Of a DNA stretch of 64,000 bases, positions 23,224-35,807 are shown one piece after another. Origin of the DNA: the human T2T-CHM13v2.0 reference genome, Homo sapiens; the NCBI RefSeq assembly GCF_009914755.1, contig NC_060934.1; one strand, written 5' to 3'. Position 1 is the first letter of the stretch; the number at the start of each line of letters is the position of its first letter. A model generated the notes under the pieces. It was given only the letters and a program-made list of their open reading frames with translations. It did no database searches and was not told the DNA's origin. A program made the translations under genes and the position numbers.

Positions 23224-23554
23224 TGAGCCACCGCGTCCAGCCTGCCTGTGGGCATTTTGTCTTTCTCCCTCTGTCCCCACTCTCACATCCCACCTCACAT
23301 GCACAGAAGCTATTCCCTCCACCCTTCTTCTGTGCTTATTCTTGGAAAAAGACACAACAAACCCATGTACACTCATGCTGGTGATAAGACTGTTACCTGC
23401 TCCCCAGCAAAGCCTAAGCTGTGGTCACAGTTACAAAGGCCTATGGAAATCCAGATTTTTGTGCATACTTTTCTGATTTTTGTCTGTTAAAAACCAACCA
23501 GTGTGTGTTAAAATATTTTGTTCATGGGCAGCCTCTGGCCCACAAGACAGGGGA

Positions 23555-23810
23555 GAACGCCATGTGACAACAGAAGGTGGGAGGGACCTGTCAGAAGCCA
23601 AGGAATGCCAAACATGGCCAGCAAACCACCAGAAGTTAGGCTGAGTCAAGGAAGGGTTTTCCTCTGCAGGCTTCAGAGGGAGGACGACCCTGCCAACACC
23701 TTGATTTTGGACTCCTGAGCTCCAGAACCAGGAGACAATAGACTTCTGTGGCTTTCAGCCATTCAGTTGGTGGTGTTTTGTCATGGCAGACCAGCAAACA
23801 AACACAGATT
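23555..23810 (+). mobile_element. MLT1B/C MaLR LTR 3' portion
   Basis: AGCCAAGGAATGCC...CCACCAGAAGTTAGG...CCCTGCCAACACCTTGATTTTGGACT...CAAACAAACACA end pattern. Confidence 0.7.
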
Positions 23811-24371
23811 TGATACTTTATGTCCTCTGGCCAAAGGTCGGACTTTAAGAAGTCACAGGGAGGCAGCTTTGTGTGCCATCTTGGAGGCCACCAGCTGGCA
23901 GGATGGCTCCATTCACATGGCCCGTCTTGCAAGAGGGTCCCAGGGCATTTAGGTCATTGAGTGAGTGTGTGCTCCCAGGAGCCAGCAGGGCATCTGGCAT
24001 CACAAAGACATCCAGAAGTGAGTTTGAATTCTGTTTTCTCAGATGCCACAGCTCTCTTTAAGGACTCTGGCCCAGACTGTATTGGGGACTCACCTGCTGA
24101 GCCAGAATAAAAGTGCAGAAAGTGCACCCCAATCGCTGCCTCCCCTGAGAAGAGAAAGCCCATGGAGAGGGTGCTGGCTGGGACTCTGCCCGGCTGCACA
24201 TGGACTCCTGCCTTCAGAATTGGCTTGGGGCTTTTGATAACAGGATTTCAAGGAGAGTGTCTGGGTTTATGGAAGTAGGGCCTCTAGACTGATAGCGGCT
24301 GCTTCTTCTTTAAAAAAAAAATCCTCTCTGAGCTAGATTCTAACATCAAGTCAGCAGGCAGAACCATTTTA

Positions 24372-24774
<403 letters not shown>

Positions 24775-25746
24775 TCAGCCTGAATTATTCCTCAGAGTGG
24801 ACACAGAAGAAACCCAGGTGGAAACCAAGTGTGGATGTGTGGCTAAAGAGGGAGCAAGGCAGCCCCAGCCGAGCCGCGTGGGCGGATCCCAGGTGCAGGC
24901 AGAGCGGCAGCCGCAGGACTCAGAGGTTAGGTGGGCTCTGGAAGTGGGTGCCAGGCAGGGCAAGGCCCCGTGCGCAGTAGAGAGTGTCAGTCAAAGCAAG
25001 CGCACTGGGGACTTGTCCCTGTGGGGAGTTCTCATGTTGTGGCCCAAGGGTGGAGAGTTGGGCTAAAGAAGCAAGCTCAGGCCAGATTGGGCACAGTGGC
25101 TCACACTTGTAATTTCAGTACTTTGGGAGGTTGAGGTGGGAGGATCACTTGAGTCCAGGCGTTCAAGAGCAGCCTGGGCAACAGAGCAAGACCTTGTTTC
25201 TAGAAGAAATTTAAAAAATAATGATAATTAGCCAGGCATGGTAGTGTGCGCCTGTAGTCCCAGCTACTCCAGAGGTTGATGGGAGGATCGCTTGAGCCAG
25301 GAGTTAGAGGCTGCAGTGAGCCATGATCATGCCACTGAACTTGAGACTTGGCAGCAGAGTGAGATCATCTCTAAAAAATAAAAATAATAAAAAATAATAA
25401 GAAAATAAAGAAGCAGGCTCAGGCCAGAGAACAAGAGGAATGGGCCTCTTATCTCCTCTGCATGACTGAAGAGAATTCTGCTCATGTCTTTCACAGGCAG
25501 AGTGGCCGGGTAAATAGATACAGGATGCCCAGGGCACTGAGAGCACGGGTCCACGCATCCGGTTATCCTGCATCTGGCCTTTGCCCGTGGAGCTTTCAGT
25601 CATGGCCTCCGGTAACATGCACATTGGAAAGCTCACCCCTGACTTCAAGGCCACTGCCGTGGTGGATGGCACCTACAGGGAGGTAAAGCTGTTGGACTAC
25701 AGAGGGAAGCACGTGGTCCTCTTTTCCATCCTCTGGACTTCACTTT

Positions 25747-26037
25747 TTTTTTTTTTTTTTTAAACAGAGTCTAGCTCTGTTGTCCAAGCTGGGGTGCAGT
25801 GGCTCGATGTCAGCTAACTGCAACCTCTGCCTCGTGGGTTCAAGCGATTCTCTTGCCTCAGCCTCCCAAGTAGCTGGGACTACAAGCACATGCCACCTTG
25901 CCCTGCTAATTTTGTATTTTTAGTAGAGATGGGATTTCACCATGTTGGCCAGGTCAGTCTTGAACTCCTGACCTCAGGTGATTTGCCAGCCTCAGCCTCC
26001 CAAAGTGCTGGGATTACAGGTGTGAGCCACTGAGCCT
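25747..26037 (-). mobile_element. AluS inserted in the PRDX2 pseudogene
   Basis: TSD TGGACTTCACTTT at 25734-25746 and 26038-26050. Confidence 0.93.
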
Positions 26038-26235
26038 TGGACTTCACTTTCGTGTGCCCCCACAGAGATCATCGCATTCAGCGACCATGCTGAGGGCTTC
26101 CGAAAGCTGCAAAGTGCTGGGGACCTCGGTGGGCTCAGTTCACCCACCTGGCTTGGATCAACATCCCCCGGAAGGAGGGAGGCTTTGAGTCCCTGGACAC
26201 CCCTCTGCTTGCTGACGTGACCTGAAGTTGTCTGA

Positions 26236-26739
<504 letters not shown>

Positions 26740-27661
26740 TGATCAAGCCCAGCGTGAATGACAGCAAGGAATATTTCTCCAAACACAACTAGGCTGGCTG
26801 ATGGATCATGAGCTTGTGCCCCTCCATGAGTGCCCTGTGTTGACCCAGGAAAGGCCAGATCTTCCTCTCTAAACTGTACAGCCTGGGACCCTGGAGAGCT
26901 AGGCCAAGGCCTTCTCATGCTTCCAACTGGGAGCTGGTGAATAGTGACACCCTCCCCAAAACCCACCCAGCTGCACACAGACCTGGAAATGACCAATAAA
27001 GTATTAGGGACAGAAAATAAATAAATGAATAAATAAATTAATTAATTAAATACAGGACAACCAGTTAAATCTGAATTTCAGATAAACAGTGAATAATTTA
27101 TAATGTAAGTATGTGCAAATACTCCATGGGAGGCCCGAGCATGATGACTCGCATCTGTAATCCCAGCACTTTGGGAGGCTGAGGCAGTGTTTGAGCCAAG
27201 GAGTTAGAGACCAGCCTGGGCAACATAGAAAGACCTTATATTTGAAAACATTTAGAAATTAGCCAGGCATGGTGTTGTGCGCCTGTAATTCTGGCTACGT
27301 GACAAGCTGAGGCAGGAGGATTGCTTGAGCCCAGGAGGTCGAGGCTGCAGTGAGTTGAGATTACACCACTGCAGTCCAACCTGGGCAACAGAGTGAGGCC
27401 TTGTCTCAAAAAACAAAGGCAAAACAAACAAACAAACAAACAAACAAAAAACTCAATCAAACCAACAAAAAAACAGACATTGCATGGGACATATTTATAT
27501 ACTAAAACAATAAATAATTCCAATGTATATCCTAAAAATTGCACAGGACATCCTTATACTAAAAAATTCTTCACTACCTGAAATTCTGATATAACTGGGT
27601 ATCCTGCATTTTCATTTGCCAAATCTGGCAGCCATATCCCAGGCAACAAAGAAAGCACCTC

Positions 27662-27710
27662 GGCCGGGTGCAGTGGCTCATGCCTGCAATCCGTCTCAAA
27701 AAAAAAAAAA
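27662..27710 (+). mobile_element. Mini-Alu (head joined directly to tail)
   Basis: GGCCGGGTGCAGTGGCTCATGCCTGCAATCC|GTCTC(A)13 with TSD AAAGCACCTC / AAAGTACCTC. Confidence 0.85.
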
Positions 27711-28563
27711 GTACCTCCTTCAGCATCACATTTTGCATCGACACTCAATAAATATCCACATCAAGGAGGAAAAAAAAGCCACCGGGCTGCAGAGAAGAGC
27801 AGGGTTATTGGAACCAGCAGAAACATGGTAAATTAAACTCCTCTTCCTGCCTCAAGCATTGAAGGTCATAGTGACGACAACTCTCTAGAAACTCAACCCA
27901 AACAGCTCCAGACCAAACCCGAGGAAGTCGCAGGAGTTTTCGACTTCTCTTATAATTACTACCCGAAGGCACCATATTGAATGCAGCTTGGGATGCCAGC
28001 AGCGTGGTTTGGGACGAGGCCCAGTGCAGTTTTTCCCAGAGCTATTATAGGGAAGTAGTCATGAAACAAGACGGATGCGCTATGGTTGAGAACTGCAGAG
28101 CTGACCCAAAATATTTCTAATGTGTGGAACTAGCTGGCAAGCGGAGAGCCTGAGAAAACAAAAAGAGCTGCTTGACTGCTTTGAAATGCCCAGATCCTCG
28201 AAGTGTGGCTTTTCCTTCATGCTATTAGCTGTGTTCCAACAGGCAGAGAGCCAAGGGAAGAATTCCAGTGGGGGCCATCTTGGCAGGCGCACAGTTTGGC
28301 CTTGACAGCTTCATTTGAAGGGCAAGACAGGGTGAGAAGGAGGGAGGGCCCGGGGGAATCGGGAGGCCAGAGGACAAGCCCTTACCTCTGTGGGGTGCCT
28401 CAGAGGGTCACCAACACTCACAAGCCACTCACTTCTTGCAAAGACTGCCTGAAACAGGTACTGTTTTCTCCATTTTACAGACGGGGAAAGTGATGTTTCC
28501 AAAGTTATCTAGTGGCTTAGAATTCAAACTCAACACTTTTTTTGTTTTGTTTTGTTTTGTTGA

Positions 28564-28713
<150 letters not shown>

Positions 28714-29064
28714 TAATAAATATATTATACTTTTTAATTTATTTTTTGCATAGGTAATATATTCACATGGTTCAAAACCCAAAATATACTTAGGGATATA
28801 GTGGAAATCCTGTCTCCCTGGGCCCCAGCCTCCTGCCTCTCCTCTGCAGAAGCCCTTGATGTTTTTCATTTCTTAAGTAACCTTCCAGAGATTTCTTTCT
28901 TTTCTTTTTTTTTTGAGACAGAGTCTTGCTCTGTCACCCAGGCTGGAGTGCAGTGGGCACAATCTCAGCTCACTGCAACCTCTGCCTTTCAGGTTCAAGT
29001 GATTTTCTGGCCTCAGCCTCCCTAGAAGCTGGGATTACAGGCGCCCGACACCACGCCCAGCTAA

Positions 29065-29193
<129 letters not shown>

Positions 29194-29324
29194 TAGCCCA
29201 GAGAGATTTTATAAATACATATTTTTCAGCTTTTCTTTTTTTAGACAGATGATATTTACTATACACACTACTCTGCTATTCTCACTTAAATCAAGGTCTT
29301 TCAGTCTTGATCTAGTGCTCCATC

Positions 29325-29327
<3 letters not shown>

Positions 29328-29370
<43 letters not shown>
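29328..29370 (+). repeat. (ATT)n microsatellite forming the tail of the Alu that hosts the provirus
   Basis: About 14 perfect ATT units directly before TTAGAGACAGGGTCTCACT. Confidence 0.95.
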
Positions 29371-29410
29371 TTAGAGACAGGGTCTCACTGTGTTGCCCAA
29401 GCTGGAGTGC

Positions 29411-29758
29411 AGCCATTTCTCTTACCGTCTCCTGTCTCTGAAGAGCAGGAGGAAGTAAAAGTTGAAAAACAATAGCAATGAAGTCAGTGGCAAGACCAGC
29501 CGGTGCCACTGATGACCTGGCCTGAGGTTAAAAGATTAACGCCCCCCCACTCTAACCACATGTGCTCTCAATCCATCACGACCCTTTCTTTCACGTGGAC
29601 CCCCTTAGAGTTGTAAGCCCTTAAAAGGGCCAGGAACTCTGTCTTCGGGGAGCTGGGCTCTTAAGACGTGAGTCTGCCAACGCTCCCAGCCGAATAAAAA
29701 CCTCTTCCTTCTTCAATCCGGCGTCTGAGGAGTTTTGTCTGCAGCCAGTCCTGCTACA
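29411..29758 (+). mobile_element. 5' LTR (LTR2 family, LTR2C-like), lacking its first ~10-12 nt
   Basis: Aligns to 35818-36164. TATA-like CTTAAAA at ~29620 and AATAAA at 29693-29698. Confidence 0.93.
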
Positions 29759-29763
29759 TTTCT

Positions 29764-29781
29764 TGGTTCCCTGACCAGGAA
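29764..29781 (+). promoter_or_regulatory. Primer binding site for tRNA-Glu
   Basis: TGGTTCCCTGACCAGGAA is a 17/18 match to the reverse complement of the tRNA-Glu(CTC) 3' end (TGGTTCCCTGACCGGGAA). Confidence 0.92.
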
Positions 29782-30094
29782 GCGAGGTGATTAAGGGACG
29801 GGTCGAGGCAGCCCCTTAGGCCTGCCCTGTGGAACATCCCTGCAGGGGACTCTGACCAGCTCGAGCGAGGTGGATCCTGAGAGGGCTCCCGGGTAAGCAA
29901 TTGCCCCGGTGGAACGCCTCATCAGAGCAGTGTGTGGCAGGCCCCCGCGGAGGATCAACGCAGTGGCTGAACACTGGGAAGGAATGGGCACTTGGAGTCC
30001 GGACATCTGAAACTTGGTAAGACTGGTCTTTGGAACTTGCTCGCTCCATTTGAGTGGAAGCATGGCCTGATCACCCACGGTGTGCCTGTACCGG

Positions 30095-30205
30095 CACTTT
30101 GGTTCTTGTTTTTGACTTGACTTGAATTGCTTGATACTATGGTTTTGGTTTTGACCTGGCTTGGATTTCTGGATACTCTGATTTTGGTTTTGATTCTGGC
30201 CTGGT
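30095..30205 (+). repeat. Degenerate ~40-bp T/G-rich tandem repeat in the proviral leader
   Basis: TTTGGTT(C/T)TG..TTTTGAC(T/C)TG(A/G)CTTG(A/G)ATT..TGATACT unit repeated about 2.5 times. Confidence 0.6.
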
Positions 30206-30298
30206 GTAAACTGAAAAAGTGTGTGTGTGTCCTTTTTACCCATTCTTTGTTCTGTGGTGTGCGTGTGGTATGAGTGTGGTGTTTTGTCTTCAGGAAAC

Positions 30299-31764
30299 AT
30301 GGGTCAGACAAAAGTAAGCCCACTCCACAAGGAGCTATGTTGAAAAATTCCAAGGAAGGATTTAGTGGAGACTATGGGGTTACTATGACACCAGGGAAAC
30401 ATAGAACTTCGTGTGAAATAGATTGGCCAACATTAGAAGTGGGTTGGCCATCAGAAGGAAGCCTGGACAGGTCCCTTGTTTCTAAGGTGTGGCACAAGGT
30501 AACTGGTAAAGGATACCTAGACCAGTTCCCATACATAGACACTTGGTTACAGCTGGTGCTAGACCCCCCACAGTGACTAAGAGGGCAGACAGCAGCAGTG
30601 CTAGTAGCAAAGGGACAGATAGCTAAGGAAGGATCCCGCTCCACCCGCCCAGGGAAATCAACACCAGAAGTTCTGTTCGACCCATCATCAGAAGATCCAT
30701 TGCAGGAGATGGCACCAGTGATCCCAGTGGTGTCCTCCCCTTACCAGGGAAAGAGGCTCCCCACAGTAGAGCCCACAGTGCTTGTGCCTCCGCAAAACAA
30801 GCATATCCGTAGGCCACCCAGAGTAGACAAGAGAGGAGGTGAAGACTTGGGAGAAACCCCTCCCTTAGCAGCTCTTTTATGACCCAAAACTGGGATACAA
30901 ATGCCCCTGAGAGAGCAGCGGTATACTGGGATAGATGAAGATGGTCACATGGTGGAGAGGCGTGTTTTTGTGTGCCAGCCCTTCACCTCTGCCGACCTTC
31001 TCAACTGGAAAAACCCATCCTATACTGAAAAGCCACAAGCTCTAATTGATTTGCTCCAAACTATTATCCAGACCCACAACCCCACCTGGGCTGATTGCCA
31101 CCAGTTGCTCATGTTCCTCTTTAACACAGATGAAAGGTGGAGAGTGCTCCAAGCAGCAACTAAGTGGCTAGAGGAACATGCACCAGCTGATTACCAAAAC
31201 CCCCAAGGGTATGTAAGGACCCCGTTACCAGGAACCAACCCCCAGTGGGACCCAAATGAAAGAAAGGATAAGCAAAGGCTAAACTGATACAGGGAAGCTC
31301 TCTTGGAAGGATTAAAGAGGGGAGCCCAGAAGGCTACAAACGTTACTAAGGTCTCTGAGGTCATTCAGGGAAAAGAAGAAAGTCCAGCACAATTCTATGA
31401 GAGACTGTGTGAGGCCTATCGTATGTATACTCCCTTTGATCCTGATAGCCTTAAAAATCAGTGCATGATTAACATGGCTTTACTTAGTCAAAGCGCAGAA
31501 AACATTAGAAGAAAACTGCAGAAACAGGCTGGGTTTGCAGGGATGAACACATCAGTTATTAGAAATAGCTAACCAGGTGTTTGTAAACAGGGATGCAGTA
31601 AGCCATAAGGAAAACCGCAAAGAGAATGAATGTCAGGCCCGGCGAAATGCTGACCTGTTAGCTGCAGCAATCAGAGGGGTCCCCACAAAGAGGCAAGGGA
31701 AGGGGGGTCCTGGGAAAGAAACTCAGCTTGGCTGTCAGAGTTTGCAGCGTAACCAGTGTGCTTA

Positions 31765-31807
<43 letters not shown>

Positions 31808-31921
31808 CATTGGAAGAACAAATGCCCTCAGCTAAAAAGAAAACAAGGTGACTCAGAGCAGGAGGCCCCAGACAAGGAGGAAGGGGCCCTGCTCAACCTG
31901 GCAGAAGGGTTACTGGACTGA
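30299..31921 (+). pseudogene. gag: HERV-E gag, disrupted by frameshifts and stops
   Basis: ATGGGTCAG (MGQ myristoylation start), matrix CEIDWPTLEVGWPSEGSLD, capsid QPFTSADLLNWK...HNPTWADC, MHR QGKEESPAQFYERLCEAYRMYTP, NC CAYC...HWKNKC, ending GLLD-TGA. Confidence 0.93.
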
Positions 31922-34900
31922 GGGGGACCGGGCTCAAGTGCCCCCAAAGAGCCTATGGTTAGAATGATAGTCGGGGGTAAAGACATTGATTTTCTTTTAG
32001 ATGCCGGTTCTGAACATTCAGTAGTAACCGCCCCAGTCACCCCCTTATCCAAAAAGACTATTGACATAATCAGAGCCATGGGGGTTTCAGCAAAGCAAGC
32101 TTTCTGCTGGCCCCGGACTCGTGCTGTAGGAGGACATAAAGTGATTCATCAGTTTTTGTACATGCCTGACTGTCCCTTGCCCTTGTTGGGAAGGGACTTG
32201 CTTAGCAAGCTGAGAGCCACTATCTCTTTTACAGAGCATGGCTCTTTGCTGCTAACATTACCCAGAACGGGAGTCATTATGACCCTTACGGTTCCCCGAG
32301 AGGAGGAACGGAGACTTTTCTTAACTGAGCCAAGCCAAGAGATAAGACCAGCTCTGGCTAAGCGGTGGCCAAGAGTATGGGCAGAAGACAACCCTCCAGG
32401 GTTGGCAGTCAACCAAGCCCACGTACTTGTAGAAGTTAAGCCTGGGGCCCAGCTGGTTAGGCAAAAACAGTACCCGGTCCCCAGAGAAGCTCTTAAAGGT
32501 ATCCAGGTCCATCTCAAGCACCTAAAAACTTTTGGAATTATAGTTCCTTGTCATTCTCCATGGAACACTCCCCTCCTGCCTGTTCCCAAGCCAGGGACCA
32601 AGGACTACAGGCTGGTACAGGATTTGCGCTTGGTTAATCAAGCTACAGTGACTTTACATCCAACAGTATCTAACCCGTGCACATTGTTGGGGTTGTTGCC
32701 AGCTGAGGACAGGTGGTTCACCTGCTTGGACCTGAAAGACGCTTTCTTTAGTATCAGATTAGCCCGTGAGAGCCAGAAGCTGTTTGCCTTTCAGTGGGAA
32801 GATCTGGAGTCAGTTATCACTACTCAATACACTTAGACCCGGCTTCCCCAAGGGTTCAAGGACTCCCCCACCATCTTTGGGGAGGCATTGGCTCGAGACC
32901 TCCAGGAATTTCCCACCAGACACCTAGGCTGTGTATTGCTCCAGTACGTTGATGACCTTTTGCTGGGACACCCCACAGCAGTTGGGTGCGCCAAGGGAAT
33001 GGATGCCCTACTCCGGCACCTGGAGGACTGTGGGTATAAGGTGTTCAAGAAAAAAGCTCAGATCTCCCGACAGCAGGTACGTTACTTGGGATTTACTATC
33101 CGACAGGGGGAGCGCAGCCTGGGGTCAGAAAGAAAGCAGGTTATTTGCAATCTACTGGAGCCTAAGAGCAGAAGGCAGTTGACAGAATTCTTAGGAGCTG
33201 TGGGGTTTTGTAGACTGTGGATCCCAAACTTTGCAGTATTAGCCAAGCCTTTGAGGTCACAAAGAGGGAGGACCGGGAAATTTTTGAATGAGGATCCCAA
33301 CAACAGCAAGCCTTTCATGAGTTAAAGGAAAAACTTACGTCAGCCCCAGCCCTGGGGCTACCCAATCTGACAAAGCCTTTTACATTGTATGTGTCAGAGA
33401 GAGAGAAAAGATGGCAGTTGGAGTTTTAACCCAAACTGTGGGGTCTAAAGGATGGCCCATGTTTGAGGGCCTTGGCAGCAACTGCCCTGCTAGTGAAGAA
33501 GCAAATAAGCTGACTCTTGGGCAAAACCTGAACATAAAGGCCCCCCATGCTGTGACTTTAATGAATACTAAAGGACATCATTGGCTAATGAATGCTAGAC
33601 TCACCAAGTTCCAAAGTTTGCTCTGTGAAAATCCCCATATAACCGCTGAAGTTTGTAACATCCTGAACCCCACCACCTTGCTCCCGGTATCAGAGAGCAC
33701 TGTCGAGCATGATTGTGTAGAAGTGTTAGACTCAGTTTACTCTAGCAGACCTGACCTCCGGGACCAGCCTTGGGCATCAGTAGACTGGGAACTACACGTG
33801 GACGGGAGCAGCTTCATCAACCCACAAGGAGAGAGAGGTGCAGGGTGTGCGGTGGTAACCCTGGACACTGTTGTTGAAGCCAGATCATTGCCCTAGGGCA
33901 CTTCAGCCCAGAAAGCTGAACTCATTGCTTTAATTCGGGCCTTAGAACTCAGTGAAGGTAAGACTGTAAACGTTTACACTGATTCTCCGTATGCCTTTTT
34001 AACCCTTCAAGTGCATGGAACATGATATAAAGAAAAGGGCCTATTGAACTCTGGGGGAAAAGACATAAAATATCAACAAGAAATCTTGCAATTATTAGAA
34101 GCAGTATGGAAACCCCACAAGGTGTCAGTTATGCATTGCAGAGGACACCAGCGAGCTTCCACCTTGGTGGGTTTGGGGAATTCCCTCGCTGACCCAGAGG
34201 CTCGAAAAGCAGCAACTGCCCCCTTCCGGGCATCAGTCACAGCCCCTCTGCTCCCTCAAGCACCTGATCTTGCACCTACTTATTCTAAAGAAAAGGACTT
34301 TCTCCAGGAAGATGGAGGACAAGTGATGCAGGAAGGATGGATTTGGTTACCAGATGGGAGAGTAGCTGTGCCACAGCTGTTAGGAGCTGCAGTTGTACTG
34401 GCTGTGCATAAAACCACCCATCTAGGCCAGGAGTCACTTGAAAAGTTGTTAGGCTGGTATTTCTACATCTCACATTTGTCAGCCCCTGCCAAAATAGTGA
34501 CGCAGCAGTGTGTTACCTGCTGACAGCATAATGCGAGGCAAGGTCCAGCCATTCCACCCGGCATACAGGCTTATGGAGCAGCCCCCTTTGAAGATCTCCA
34601 GGTAGATTCCACAGAGATGCCAAAGTGTGGAGGTAACAAGTATTTACTAGTTCTCATGTGTGCCTACTCTGGGTGGGTGGAGGCTTATCCAACATGAACT
34701 GAGAAAGCTCGTGAAGTAACCCGTGTGCTTCTTCGAGATCTTATTCCTAGATTTGGACTGCCCTTACGGATCGGCTCAGATAACGGGCCGGCATTTGTGG
34801 CTGACTTGATACAGAAGACAGCAAAGGTATTGGGGATCACATGGAAACTGCATGCCGCCTACCAGCCTCAGAATTCCGGAAAGGTGGAGTGGATGAATCG

Positions 34901-35446
34901 GACTATCAAAAATAGTTTAGGGAAAGTATGTCAGGATACAGGATTAAAATGGATATAGGCTCTCCCTATGGTATTATTTAAAATTAGATGTACCCCTTCT
35001 AAAAGAACAGGATATTCCCCTTATAAAATATTAGGCCCCCTCCCATATTGCGGGGACTTCCAGGCACTCCCCGAGAGTTAGGTGAAATTGAGTTACAGTG
35101 ACAGCTACAGGCTCTAGGAAAAATTGCACAAACAATCTCAGCCTGGGTAAATGAGAGATGCCCTGTTAGCTTATTCTCCCCAGTTTACCCTTTCTCCCCA
35201 GGTGATCAAGTATGGATTAAAGACTGGAATGTAGCTTCTTTGTGCCCATGGTGGATAGGACCCCAGATTGTCATCCTGACCACTCTCACCGCTGTGAAGG
35301 TAGAAGGAATCCCAGCCTGGATCCACCACAGCCATGTAAAACCTGCAGCGCCTGAAACCTGGGAGGCAAGACCAAGCCCGGACAACCCTTGCAGAGTGAC
35401 CTTGAAGATGATGACAAGCCCTGCTCCAGTCACACCCAGAAGCTGA
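31922..35446 (+). pseudogene. pol: HERV-E pro-pol (protease, RT, RNase H, integrase), disrupted
   Basis: In frame after the gag TGA. Protease FLLDAGS (DTG mutated), RT DLKDAFF / LPQGF / YVDDLLL, RNase H VDGSS, integrase HKTTH..CVTC, SDNGPAF, SGKVEWMNRT, C-terminal WIHHSHVK. Stop at 32834-32836, frameshifts and a small deletion near 33440. Confidence 0.95.
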
Positions 35447-35468
35447 CTAGTCCATGCACGGCCGAAGC

Positions 35469-35790
35469 ATGAGGAAGCTCATCGTGGAACTCATTTTTCT
35501 TAAATTTTGGACTTGTACAGTAAGGACTTCAACTGACCTTCCTCAGACTGAGGTAGGGCAAAAAGTTAAAACAGTCTTTCTGTTTAAAAGGGACTTGTGT
35601 GTATAATGCCACCCAGTACAAGGTATGCAGCTCAGGAAGTGACCAGACTCAAGTGTGCTACAACCCAGTAGAACTACTTAATCCCCATTGGAAAACAAGA
35701 GAGTATGTAACTCTAGGAGTCAATGGAATTGGACTGGCAGGAAGACCTAGGTAATGTAGGTGGAAGTGAGAACTCCCACTAGTGAGTGAG
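35469..35790 (+). pseudogene. env: Collapsed HERV-E env remnant (45-codon ORF at 35469-35606)
   Basis: MRKLIVELIFLKFWTCTVRTSTDLPQT matches my recall of the HERV-E env signal peptide. Downstream pieces (TCVYNATQYKVC, VCYNP, HWKTREYVTLG) are joined by deletions and TM is absent. Confidence 0.82.
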
Positions 35791-35807
35791 GTTCTCAAAG
35801 GGGAGAA

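Noticed and set aside
31955-32836. 293-aa protease-RT ORF as a functional CDS
   Set aside because: The protease triad reads DAG instead of DTG, and a TAG stops the frame before LPQG/YVDD, so no active enzyme is expected.
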